Shown: one piece after another, positions 43,885 through 56,779 of the stretch | Position numbering within the stretch: the stretch's first letter is position 1 | Layout of the letters: every line of letters starts with the position of its first letter | Translations under genes and position numbers: made by a program | Assembly: GCF_009914755.1 (NCBI RefSeq) | Contig: NC_060929.1 | Strand: one strand, 5' to 3' | Source: the human T2T-CHM13v2.0 reference genome, Homo sapiens | DNA length: 64,000 nt | Notes under the pieces: generated by a model | What the model saw: the letters and a program-made list of their open reading frames with translations, nothing else | Told to the model about the DNA's origin: nothing | Database searches by the model: none

Positions 43885-46800
43885 GGTATCTTCTTTAAAT
43901 GTTTGTCAGGATTCAGCAGTAAGGCCGCCAGGTCCTGGGCTTTTCTTTAATGGAAGACTTTTTATTAAAACTTCAGTTTTATTACTTGTTTTTGGCTTGC
44001 TGAGATTTTCTATTTCTTCATAGTTCTATCTTGGTAGGTTATATGCGTCCAGAAATTTATCAATTTCTTCTAGGTTTTCCAATTTGTTGGTGTGTTGTTG
44101 TTCATAATATTGCTTCATAATTCTTTGTATTTATGATACCTCAGTTTTTATGTCTCTCAGAAGTTCGTCAATTTTATCTTTATAAAAATGACTTTTTGTT
44201 TCGTTAATCTCTTTTTAGTTTCAATTTTATTCATTTATGCTCTAATCTTTATTACTTCTTGTGTTTTGCTAATTTGGGGTTTGTTTTGTTCTTGCTTTTC
44301 TAGTTCACTGAGGTACATTGTTAGGTTGTTAATTTGAATTCTTTCTACTTTTTGGATATAATTGATTACAGCTATAAACTTCCCTCTTAGTACTTCTTTT
44401 GCTGTATCCCACAGAATATGGTATGCTGTATTTTCATTTTCATTTGTTTCAATAAATTTTTAAATTTTCTTCTTAATTTATTGATTGACTCATTGGTCAT
44501 TCAGAAGCATATTATTTAATTTCTGCATGCTTGTGTATTTTCTGAAGTTCCTATTTTTATTGATTTTTAGCTTTATTCCACTGTGGTCAGAAAAGATCCT
44601 TGATATAATTTCCATTTTTATGAATTTGTTGAGACTTATTTCGTGGTCTAAGATACAGTTTATTCTGGAGAATGCTCCATGTGCTGATGATGAATATAAT
44701 GTATATTCTGCAACAGTTGGGTGAAATGTTATGTAAATGTCAGTTAGGCATATTAGATCTAGTGTGTAGTTTAACTACTGTTTGTTGATTTTCTGTCAGG
44801 ATGATCTGTTCATTACTGAAAGTTGGTTGTTAAAGTCTCCTATTATTATTGTATTGAAGTCTGTTTCTCCTTTTACATCTCTTAATGTTTTCTTTATATA
44901 CTTAGGAACTCTAGTGTTGGGTGCATATATATTTATAATTGTTATATCCTCTTGCTGAATTGACCCCTTTCTCATTATATGGTTAAAATCTTTGTCTCTT
45001 TTTACACTCTTCGATTGATATTCTATTTTATCTGATATAAGTATAGCTACTCCTTCTCTTTATTGGTTTCCTGTTGCATGGAATATCTTTTTCTACCACT
45101 TCACTTTCAGTACCTGTATGCCTTTATAGGTGAAGTAGGCTTTTGAAGGCAGCATACAATTGGGTCTTGTTTCTATGTATTTAGCCACTCCATGTCTTTT
45201 AATTGCAGATATTGATCCATTTACATTTAGGGTTAGTATTGATAAGTAAGGACTTACTAATGTGAATTTATGTCTTGTTTTCTGGTTGCTTTGAGATTTC
45301 TTTCTTCCTTTATTACTGTCTTCTTTTGTGGTTGAGTAATTTTCTCTGGTAGTATATTTTAATTTGTTGTTTTTTAAATTTTTAGTGAGTGTATCATAGG
45401 TTTTTGTGCTGTGATTCTATCATGAGGCTTACAATAAACAACTTATAGATCTAACAAGTTATTCTAATGGATGACAACTTATCTTAGATCACCAATACAG
45501 GAATAGAAATAAAGACAAAAAAAACAAGAAAAACTATGCTATAACTACATTTCTCCACATTTTGACCTTCGGGTGTCTCAACTGACATTTTTTATATTAC
45601 CCATCTCTTAAGAGGTTGCTGTAGTTATTATTGGTTTTGATAGACTTATCTTTTGGGTTTCAGACTAGAGTTATGAGTGATTGCCCATCACCATTACAGT
45701 AATACAGTATGCTGGGTTTGTCTGTGTACTTAATTTTACCAGTGATTTTACACCTTGAAGAGTTTTGTTCTTGCAAATTAGTGTTGTTTTTTTTTTTCTT
45801 TCAGATTGAGGAGCTTCCTTTAGCATTTTCTGTAAGATGGGTCTGGTGATGTTGAATTCTTTCAGGTTTTTTTTTTAACCTGGGAAAGACTTTATTTCTC
45901 CTTCATATTTGAAGGATAATTTTGCTGGATACAATATTTTGAATAGAAATTTTTTCCTTTAAGCACTTTGAAAATGTCTTTCCACTCCCTCCCGGCCTGT
46001 ATGGTTTTTGTTGAGAAGTCTGTTGGTAGATAAATTGAAACTCCTTTTTATGTTATTTGCTTCTTTTGCTACTTTTAGGATTCTCTCTTTGTCCTTAACC
46101 TTTGAAAGTTTGATTATTATCTGCTTTGGGGTAGATTAGTTGGTTGAATTTCTTTGGTGGTCTCAGACCCTCCCTGGGTATTTATATCTTTCTCAAGTTG
46201 TGGAATGTTTTTTATTATTTCTTTGAATAAGCTTTATACCTCTTGCTCTTGCTAAACTCCCTCTTGAATACCAATAATTCTTACATTTGGTTATTGAGGT
46301 AATTTTGTATATTTTGTAGGCAGTCTTTGCTGTTCTTTTGTTCTTCTCCTCTAACTGTGTATTTTCAAATAGCCAGTCTTCAAGCTGATTATTTCCTTTG
46401 CTTTGTCCATTCTGCTGTTGAGACACTCTAATGAGTTCTTCAATTCAACAAATCTGTTTCTCAGTTCCAAGATTTCTGTCTGATTTTTAAAAATCATTTC
46501 AATTTCTTTGTTAAATTTATCTGATGAATTTCTGAACTGCTTTTCTGTGTTACCTTGGAGATAACTGAATTTCCTTATAACTACTATTTTAAATTGTTCG
46601 TCAGAGAGCTGACAAATCACTGTATCATTAGGGTCAGTCACTGGATTTTTGCTTTGTCTTTTGAGGAGGTCATGGCTCCCTATTTGCTGTTATTTCTTGT
46701 GTTTATATGTCTATGTCTTTGCATTGAAGGATTATTTATACCAGTGTTCTCTGTCTGGCTTGTTTTGAGTTATACAGATGTATTTGCTTAGTAAGTCTTT

Positions 46801-49800
46801 ACTGTTAGGTTGCTGTCTCCTTTTTCGGTCTAGGTAGCACCTTAGTTAGGCCCAAGTTTGCCTCAGATCTAGTAAGTGATTGGATCATTCCCTGTCTTGA
46901 CTTGGGGAGGTCTCAAAGGATTTATCCCACTATTGTGTCAGGGCTGGCTAGGAGTTTGTGCTCAGGGGACCTGCAGAATGTACCTCCTACAGGTTGGTAC
47001 TGCTGAATCAGCAACTCCTATTTGGTGTCCTCTTTCATTGAGTAGCAGAGCAGTTTCCGGGGCTGGGGATGGCAGGCCCACATCCCTGCTTTCTTTCTGC
47101 CTGTCCTTAGTGATATTTCTTCCTTCAGGCAGTCATGATCCTTCCCATGGGTTAAGGCAAGAACAAGTTTCCTGCCAAGATTGTGAGGAAGCTGGTTTAT
47201 CACTTCAATCTCATTTTTTCCAGTGTGAAAAATCATGGGTTGTGGGATTTTTCCATGTGCTTGGTATTGGGCAAAATGGTGAAGGAAGGTATTGCAAATA
47301 TTGAAGATTGATTCTCTTCTTATTTGCTCAGAGTTCTTTCCCTTCTTTGTGGCACCAGGAAGTGTCTCATTCATATATTTTAGTTCTGGGTTGTTGCTGG
47401 TGAAAATCTCAACTTTATGTATTTGTTTTTGGCTTTCTGTTGGGGAAGGTGTGAAGCCAGCTTGCTTCTATGCTGCCATTTTGGAACTGAAATTCTTCTA
47501 GCCAAAATATTTAAATGATACTTTTATGTGTTTCTCTAAACTTCTCATTGCATTTCCAAAAGTTGCTGTGGGGATATAGAATTTTATTTTTCATCAATTT
47601 CATCATTTTATCTTTCACCTCTTATGTTTTCCTTGTGCGTTATCGAGTTTGTTAAATAGCAAGAGCTATATAACAATAAATGGATAAAATGAACATAGAT
47701 TTAATTTCTACATGCTTTAACTAAGGTTGGCTCAAGATTTGTCATGAATGTGTATATGTAAAACATTTTCTGACCTTTTCAGTAAATACTTAGAATCCAC
47801 TGAAAACTATGGATCTTGATTCTCATTTTAGATGAGTCCTTAACTTAATAGGGCATAATTTTCTATTTCTGATGGAACATAATTTAAATACTTTAGGATC
47901 TACTAGGAAACACTGAAAAATATGAAACTTGAAATAGTTTGATTGATTAGGCAAATACACCACTGGCGATTTACCAAACTTATTGGGTCTTTGAGTTGAA
48001 AAATATTTTCTTATAAGTTGCTACATTTATAAAACAATAGCATATACTTCTTTTCCTCTATTTCTTACTGAGTGGCAAAATCAAATAAGTTATACTTTGA
48101 AAAACATGCTAAAATGTTACCCAAAATTATATCCAAAGCAAGAATGCCTCTAGCTATTTAATCAATGTCAAAATTTAATATTTTTAATACAGAAAAATGT
48201 CAATTAACATCAGTTTAATTAAAAAAGATATATTCTACCTATTACTTTTGAGACAGGTAAATGTCTAAAGTTGTACCAACATGATTTATGGTAGGAAGCT
48301 ATTTGAACTGTTAACATAGTATTGACATTATAATTGACTGTTGAATGCATCTACTTCTTCACTTAACGTAATTAACATAAAAATTTCGCTTTTTGTGAAC
48401 AGGAAGTTTATTACAGTTCAAAAATCAAACCATGTTTTATGTTATGAAAAACAAATATATGAGAAAATATCTTAGAAAGCTTTTTTACTCAGAAGCCTCA
48501 TCTGGGAATTGTTTGTTAATCCACATGATTGTGAAATTTTGTATTATTTGAATATTTAATATAATTACTCACAGACTGTTTCTACTTGTCCCACACTGTG
48601 TGAAGTTGTGTGCCCATACCCTATGTTCTTATTGTCTTCCTTTTAAGATCCCTCCTATTCTGACCAGTGGACTGTCTATTCATGTGATAAAGAGAAATAA
48701 TTTGCCATTTATTATTTACCTTTGCAGTTTATAGGCTGTGAATAGATTCCAACTCCATTAAATCAAATATTGTAAAGACAAAATTATAAAATTAATTTAA
48801 AAAGAACAACTAATATTTGTAGAAAAATGTCAAGGGAGTTTAAAAAGAAATTTTACTATAGCTGTCATCTATAAGCAGTTGTAGATAATACTGATACTTC
48901 ATAGTCTCCAGCCAGAGAAAAGCAATGAGCATAATAAATTGGGAATAAGACATGGAAGGTCCATCACCCCCTGAGGTGACTTAGGTCATATCCAATAAAA
49001 TACTGAAAGTAGGAATGAACATCAGATCATAATTCTTAAAAAGTCTAAACAAAATCACACTTCACATGTACTATCAGAGAGCCCCCTGTTCCCTAGGTAA
49101 AGATTGAAGAATGAATGGTTCAGTTCTCCAAAAGCCACTGGGAAATGTCAGCACCATCTAGTTAATGAATTCCTGATTTGTTTGGCATTTGCACTTTCTT
49201 AAGAAATTGCTGATGTGTTTAGACTCCCTGTTTTCCTCAGCAGCAGTGAAATTTGTTGATTATGATGGCCTTATATAACATCATCCAGGCAGAAAGCTAA
49301 AAGATTACACATTAAAAAAGAAACAGGCCTGTTTATTACTAGGCATTGTGCTAACTCATATGCATATGTCTGTTCCTCAGTTTTTGCCCAGGTTGCTTTG
49401 TGGAAGATGCTTTGTTAAAAGTATTTTGATGGCAGGCCTCCACTCATGAAAATGTCATTTTCTCTGCCTGGTTGTGATAGGAAGTCTTTTTCACCTATTA
49501 AACCTGTTAAATTTCCTTCATATACTTTTGTTTAACTCAGAAAAACAGTTAGTGGAGGACCATTTAAAAATATGTAAGCTTAATGATAAATTGATGTTTG
49601 TATTTAAAAACATTTTTCAAAGAAACTTGCTTCTGTACTGCTGAATAAAAGCCTGCAATGTCTGCAGATTTCATTCAAACAGGACAAACAATCCAGACTG
49701 TCTATATTCCACAGAAGTTGCCCTTAACTACTTTTCACCATGTTTGTTTTAGAAGACATTCCATCGTAGGAAGGAATCCTGCCCACTTTAGTTTGTACAA

Positions 49801-50029
49801 AGATCAGCTGGGTAAAAAGCAATGAAGTTAACATTATTCAATTAAAAATCTTTGGTATGACTCTAAAGTAGACACAAAACAAGTTTAATATTCTCTATCT
49901 AAATATCATTGCCTTGGCTAGGCCCATACTGCAGATTATAGCTCTTATTGTATAGTTCTTTGAACAGTAAACTAACTTAATTATCATGCTTCATAGTCTT
50001 ATTTATCCTAAGGGAGAAAATTTTTCTGT

Positions 50030-50813
50030 TAGACAGAATCATTCTGCACTTGGGAATCATGTTTCCACTCCCATGAATTTCCTGTATGTGTTTCACATTG
50101 TTCCTGAAAGACACATTTCTACTCTGGCCCTCACTTGTCCTCATCTCCCACAGCTTTCTCTCAAGCCTCTCTTGCATGTGACTTAGTTAGCTCCCAACTC
50201 CTTTTCCCCACCCCTCTGGATAAACATGTGTTACCCAACCAACACCTATTAACCTGCAATAACAACTGTTTCCTATTCAGACTGCCATTTTTGACCAACA
50301 AGTTCCCAAGTTAACTGAATTCTGACTGGTCCATTCTGCTAGAGCTTTAAAAATTCTGCCCCTTTCCCCCTAAATGCTCTTCTTTAGCGTCTTCTCATGT
50401 CCGGCATTTTTAGCACAAAGGCTTATGCCAGGATTTCACAATTTCTGCAATAGTAAAATTTTGGGTTGGATAATTCTTTGTTGTGTGGCTGCACCTACTG
50501 CAAGACGTTTAGCGGTGTCACTGGCTTCTACCTACTAGAAGCAAGTAGCACACCCACCAACTTACAATAACCAAAAATGTCTGCAGACATTGGTCCCTTG
50601 GGGGAGAAATTGCTCCCCACTATCTTGCAGTTGAGAACTACTGGATAATGCTAAGAGCTGCTCTGGTTAATTTTTGTCCCGTCTTTGGTGTTATGATTTG
50701 GATCAGGATTGGGCCCTCTGCTGCTCAGCCAGAGGCACGTGCACAAGGATAGAGTCTACGGTAGATCCCATGAGGCCTCCCTCTTGGAGTCCCAGTGACA
50801 GCACAGCTTAACA
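50030..50813 (+). mobile_element. Possible ancient ERV LTR interrupted by MER20
   Basis: C-rich U3-like part, a TTTAAAA box, an end in ...cttaaCA, and position just upstream of the gag relic. Confidence 0.35.
50429..50643. mobile_element. MER20 hAT-Charlie DNA transposon
   Basis: ttgggttggataattctttgttgt...accaaaaatgtctgcagacattg...gttgagaactactg; 8-bp TSD-like gcttatgc/gataatgc. Confidence 0.88.
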
Positions 50814-50899
50814 AGTCATTTAGTCTGTTGGTAGGATAAAGGAAAGTGATTCTCAACCAATGTAGTTGGAGATGATGGCCAATCTTGCTGGTTTTATAG

Positions 50900-51802
50900 T
50901 TTTAACTCTTGGTCAAGATTAAATTTGCATAACCCAGGTTAAGTACTCGCCAAACCCTCCTAAGGAGAGACAAAAGTTCACTGAAGAATTTAGGATTGTC
51001 TTTGGGACATATAGTCTGGATCTCTTTAATATCTATCAATTAGCTCATGTCCTTATGGGATACAAGAATCTTAAAATTTCGTTAGAAAAAGCAGAACGAA
51101 TTTGTGATCAGGCAGATTGATACAAAATGTATGGATAAATTTTGACTACAGATTGATATAAAAAGTGCATAAAATAGATAAGACCTCTCAGTAGCTACCT
51201 CTGAGATTTTTTTTTTTTTTCGAAATATATTGGTCAAAATCCAATCCTATATACATGCAGGAAAGAAGGAATCTACCCATTATTTCAGAGACCACTTTAA
51301 CTACCACTTTCTGGGACATTTTGGTCTCCATAAGAGTTTGGATATCACAACTTCACTTCTGTATCTACTTTCATTTTGACGGTCTTAAATCTGAGTTGGC
51401 AGATTTAGTCAGAAAACAGTCAGGGCATACTGTCTCTTTCTGAATTGCAAGGGCTATGGGATACTTTAAAGGTAGTTTGTTTTAGAAAAACATATAGAAA
51501 AAATGAATAGCTTCTTAGATTAAGCAACTAGAAAAATCCAGAAACTAGGCAACCCTATGCCTAGTTTAGACAAAGACACCTGTTAATGTTATAAGGAAAA
51601 AAGAACACTAGAAGAACAGTTGCCCTACCTTGGAACAAAAGATAGTATTTAAAAAGAAAATGACAAACTGTCTGACAGACTAATGCACCTAAGAGTAAGT
51701 AGTTGCTCTGGTCTGTCAACAATCGCCCTTAACAAAAAAGGGATAGATTCCCATGCAATTGCAAATACAGAATGGTTTTTTGCATTTCTTCTTGATACTG
51801 AA
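50900..51802 (+). pseudogene. Ancient ERV1-like gag-pro relic
   Basis: Hand translation gives PNPPKERQKFTEEFRIVFGTY..DLFNIYQLAHVLMG (50950-51060), WSKIQS..Q..KES, GLKSELADLVRKQ, a decayed zinc knuckle (51581-51626) and FLLDT (51785-51799). Confidence 0.65.
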
Positions 51803-53089
51803 ATCAAAGCAGTGTATTAGTTTTGATTTAAAACAGTATTTGAAAGGAAGACCAGCCAAACTCGCTATTGTGTTTCATGGGTTCTGTCATAGCTTCAGAG
51901 TTTCTTAGTTTCATCTTTTCCAGATTTACAAAGAAGAATAAAATAGAGAAATAGTAAGAGGAAGTGGAAAAACACAGAATCACATTCAAATTTTAAAAAA
52001 TAATAATTTCTAGAAACTGTAATTAAACTATTAGATTCAGCTCATATTTATTGACTTCTTATCAGAACCTCATTAGAGTAATGATTAAAGAATAAAAGTT
52101 ATAACTGGTTTATAGAATGGCCTGGAATTCGTGGACATACAAGAAAAAATAGACTCCATTTTTTTTCTAATCTCTGTTTTTAAGTGTGCAAAGTCAAATT
52201 TATTCCTTCTTCACCCTGAAGATTTCCCAGGTATATCGGATATATATTTCTATTACTTTCAGATAATAGGACAGTTTCATTAGTCTAATCCAAACCAAAA
52301 TTTCTGTTTCATATGCATTTCAAACATTTCTTCCCACCTGTTCCCCACTCCCAGCCCTAGTTGATGTTTGACTCATCCTTGGAGACCTTCAACAAAGTAA
52401 GGAAACATGTTCTGTATTTTCCCTGTTTCTCTCAGCTCTTCTGCTTCTCTCCTTTCATTCACTATCCTGTCTTTGGTTCTTCCAAGATTGAAGTTGGAAA
52501 AAGTTATGAGTAGTAAAGGAAAATAAAATGTCTATTTAGCTAATACTATTCATAACTCTTTCTTGGATGCTAGGTTCACTTTCTGGCAGATGTCAATACG
52601 TTGTCTTCCTCCTATGAGGTACTTACATGTCTTTGTATGTACACTTTCTCCACCTCCACCTTACTGGAGCTGGGAGTCTCCCCCTTACAGTTCTGTGACA
52701 TAAAGTGTTCATGCTGTGGTTGGCCTGTTATGACTTCTCAACACCAACCCTGGCAGAATAGTCCATTTTCTTTCTGTTGCTGTGGCCTTGCACCAGACAT
52801 AGTCACCTTATGCAGTGACCTTTTAAGTCATCTATAGCCAAGTTGCTTTCTGTGACATTTACTATTTCATGGTGAAAAACAACAACAACATTTTTTTTTC
52901 CTACCAAAATCTGAGTGATGAGGTCGTAGCCACTGGAATTCCCTCTCTTCAAGCAAGTTTCCACTTGAGATGAAGCCGTCAGATTTTGTAACTCCAAGCT
53001 TCAGGGAAAGCAAGTCAAATTTTCCAAGAGTTTTCTTACCATGCACTTCTCTGGTACTATATACTATAGTCAACTATAAAGAAAAAAGA

Positions 53090-53359
53090 GGCCGGGCGCA
53101 GTGGCTCACGCCTGTAATCCCAACACTTTCGGAGGCCGAGGGGGGTGGATCATGCGGGCAGGAGATCGAGACCATTCTGGCTAACACGGCGAAACCCCGT
53201 CTCTACTAAAAAAAAAAATAGCCGGGCGTGGTGGTGGGCGCCTGTAGTCCCGCGTATTCAGGAGGCTGAGGCAGGAGAATGGCGTGAACCCAGGAGGCAG
53301 AGCTTGCAGTGAGCCGAGATCTTGCCACTGCACTCCAACCTGGGTGACCGAGCGAGACT
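53090..53359 (+). mobile_element. AluY lacking its 3' end and poly(A)
   Basis: ggagatcgagacca..ctggctaacacgg, ggagaatggcgtgaacc and agcttgcagt; stops at gagact. Confidence 0.92.
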
Positions 53360-53374
53360 AGAAAACTATAATTA

Positions 53375-53780
53375 ACCTTCAAATTTTAAAGAAAAAGTAT
53401 TTTCCACCTAGAATTGTATCCTTATCATACTACCCATCAAAAGTAAAGATAGAATAAAGTAATTTCAGATATGCAAGGATTTAGAAAGTTTACCTCCCAT
53501 ATGCAACTGGGAAATTTACTTGTGGTTGTACACCATGGAAGCAAGAGAGTAAACCAAAAAAGAGGCTATCAAGGGCTTCAAAAAACAAGAGTTCCAACTC
53601 AAAAAAGCAAGGAAAAAACAACTGTTTAGTAGGGCTAGATGACAATCAATTTAATGTGGAACAGAATGACTAAAGTCTGCCTCAGAGAAAGATAAAGATT
53701 AAAAAAGGTTTCAACGTAGTTATATTATGATTAAGAGTTTGAAAAAACTTGATGATATGCAAAATACAGATAAAATAATC
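53375..53780 (+). mobile_element. Old L1ME/HAL1 ORF1 C-terminal remnant
   Basis: ccttcaaatttt...acctagaattgtatcc...ttcagatatgcaagga. Confidence 0.55.
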
Positions 53781-54149
53781 AATATTTATTATTCCACCAG
53801 CTGTGAGTTCCTTTCTCATGAAAGGATAGGAATCGGACTCTATTAATCATTGCATCCCAAGTACCTATCTTTGTTTCTGACACTCAGAAGGCATAAAAAA
53901 CATACTTTTATTAAGTCAACTGTTGTTAATTGTTATTATTGTTCTTCTCTAAGCAGATGTATTTGTGACTGACTTCTCCCTCTCCCTATAATTTTTATAT
54001 CTGACAGCTGTGCTATTTATCTTCTTTGTGATACTAAATACCTGTGCTAATTTACAACTCTTATACAGGCTTATATATTGATAGTTAAATATAAAAGTAC
54101 TAATAAGATTATAAAAATAATTATCAAATTACAAGGAAGACCTAGAGAA

Positions 54150-54280
54150 TGTATTAAAAGACAGATTCCCTAAAATTCACATTATTGCATCTGGGATGGA
54201 GTAAAAAAATCGAAATATTGAAGTTCACTTCAAGCGATTATGATGCAAGTGGTCTGTGTGCCCCCGTTATTAGAACTATG
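54150..54280. mobile_element. MER5-like fragment
   Basis: attaaaagacagattccc...catctgggatggag...gattatgatgcaagtggtc. Confidence 0.45.
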
Positions 54281-54832
54281 CATTATAGACTTTACTGATT
54301 CATAAGGAATTCAGAATTAACTAGGGTGGATATTATTTTCATTTTTTTCTAATGTAGACAACACATTTTTCCCCAAACTCATCACCCACTTTTCACTTGA
54401 ATAATTTATGCGAAAATGAAACTGGAGTTAATATATTGTTTTTAAAGGGTAGGTGGTATTGTCCCCTCAATAGGAAAAAAAATCAAAATTCTTTTTCGTT
54501 TATTTATTCTGCCTCAGTTATACGCCATGGCAGTAAATTAATTTCTCTATATCTATATTTTTCTATTAACATTGCTACTTGTGAGCTGTTTAGACTTATG
54601 GCTTTCTGAGAAGAAATCTGAGCATGAAGGAATAAAAATAATTCGGATTGCTCCACTAACATGCCTTTATAATGCTAAAGTTGTATTGTTTAAATATTAT
54701 TTCAAAAACTTATTACATTATTAACTTCTCAGGTTTGAAATTCTTTTCTGAATGTTCCTAAGTTTTCCTTTTCTAAATTATTCTACAGAGTATTCTATTA
54801 TGCAGCACATGTAGCTTTGTTCATTCATTTAT

Positions 54833-55907
54833 AGATGCATTTCCTTAAGAAGTGGTGCATTAGTGATCTTCACTATATACAATGAAATAGAAACGATGCA
54901 TTATTTTCCTTTCCAAGAAAACTAAATTGATGCACAGAATGATTGTTTGCTAGCAGCTGAAATTGCAGCAGAGGGGTACACTTGCCTTATTAAGATGGAA
55001 TTTCTGGTTTTATTTATTCTGAAAAAAAAAAAGCTCTATCCCCAAATAAAGGATTAGTCTAGGGACCTGGTACATCAGTGATGCCATATCGAATAGAGAA
55101 GTGAGTGGGATGAATATTATTATCTCAGTCTTTATATTGGTTTATTTGTGGGTAGGAAAAAATGAAAAATTGGAGAAAGTATTAGTTCACATTAAAAGGT
55201 AAAACACGAAGAGGCCACTGTCAATTCAGGCTATGCTTGTTGATTTCCAAATAACAACTTGTCTCTGGAGTCATTAAAAGTATTGCTCTCCTGAGAAGAG
55301 GCCGAGGCTCTCTGCCTTTGAAGCTGAATAAACCTGGTGTATCATTTTGTCATTCTTTATGAGAATAGTGGCCCTGAGGATCTTGTTTCTTTCTTTCTTT
55401 TTTTAAGCTATCAAAGATTATCTATGCCGCCTCCTTTGCAAAAGGATGTAGGTACATACATTTAGTAAAATTTGTAAGTTATGAAGCTGTAGGTATTTCA
55501 GTTCTTTAGAGTTAACATTTCTCTAAGGAGATGTCTCTAAGATTTCTCTAGGGAGATTAAATTCATGGGTATAATTGGCTAACATTTATTTTGCATTTTG
55601 TTTAAACAAAAAATTATTCTGTTCATTTAGGTATAGTATTTTAAAAATCCAAACAGAATACATATTCTTAATTTAGAAAATATGTGAATTTTAAACTAAT
55701 GTGATAATAGGTGGAAAACAATACAGAAACTTAAGGTATTGTTTTAATGTTTTATATCTAGATATATGGATAGAGTTTGCCCCACCAGTGCTTTTCCTGG
55801 ACAGGTTGAAACTGCCCTTGTCCTGCTGAGGCTGTTTAGATGACAGCTGATGCAGATCATGTCTGGAGATGCATCTCCTTAAGAAGTGGTGCATTAGTGA
55901 TTTCCAC
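54833..55907 (+). repeat. 41-bp direct repeat pair (54833-54873 and 55867-55907)
   Basis: agatgcat(t/c)tccttaagaagtggtgcattagtgat(ctt/ttc)cac, 38/41 identical. Confidence 0.9.
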
Positions 55908-56419
55908 CAGGCACTTCATACTATAACTGGGAGGAGGAGAGGGGAGAGCACAAAGTTCTTAGAGTGAGATGAAGTCAGTTACATTTAGGGAATAATTATG
56001 TTACAGTTAGGGGATATTTTGTGAAGAGCGAGTGTTCTCCCAAGCCATGATGTTTCATTAATAAGGGTTAGTTAGGTTGCTGAGGAGTATTAACTGTTTA
56101 TCTGACTGTTTAAGGTATGTGCTTTTGAAAGGCTCTCTGGAGTCACGTAGTCTAGTGTCCCCATCTTGGTAACTCCTTTCTCAAGAACCTTCTAGGGTTT
56201 TAAGGTGTCACAGCCCCTCTTTTACTCTTCTGAAGTTTATTTCACAAGGCCATTTAAAGTATAAAAATGTAAAGTGTAATATGGAGATATTTATTGGCCA
56301 TTAAGATCATTATTTTACTTGTATTTACTGGGTGTCACTATTTTGGTAAATAATGCAAAGATAATTAAGTAATTCAGAAATTTGCATTCATTTCGATTTA
56401 TGTTAACTCTGAGGGGTTT

Positions 56420-56779
56420 TGTATTAGTTCATTTTCATGCTTCTATGAAGAAATACCCAAGATGGGTAATTTATAAAGAAAAAGAAGTTTAATGGACTCA
56501 CAGTTCCATATGCCTGGGGAGGCCTCACAATCATGGCAGAAGGCAAAGGAGGGGCAAAGGCATGTCTTACACAGCAGCAGGCAAGACAGCAAGTGTAGAA
56601 CTGCCCTTTATAAAACCATCAGATCTCATGAGACTTAGTCACTATCATAAGAACAGCACAGGAAAAACTCACCCCCATGATTCAATTACCTTCCACTGGG
56701 TGCCTCCCACAACATGTAGGGATTATGGGAACTACAATTCAAGATGCAATGTGGGTGGGGACATAGCCAAACAATATCA
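56420..56779 (-). mobile_element. THE1C solo LTR
   Basis: tgtattagttcattttcatgc...aatggactcacagttcc...catagccaaacaatatca; very similar to 38620-38988. Confidence 0.92.

Noticed and set aside
54833-55907. CRISPR-like repeat
   Set aside because: Only two copies, 1 kb apart, in eukaryotic DNA with no cas genes
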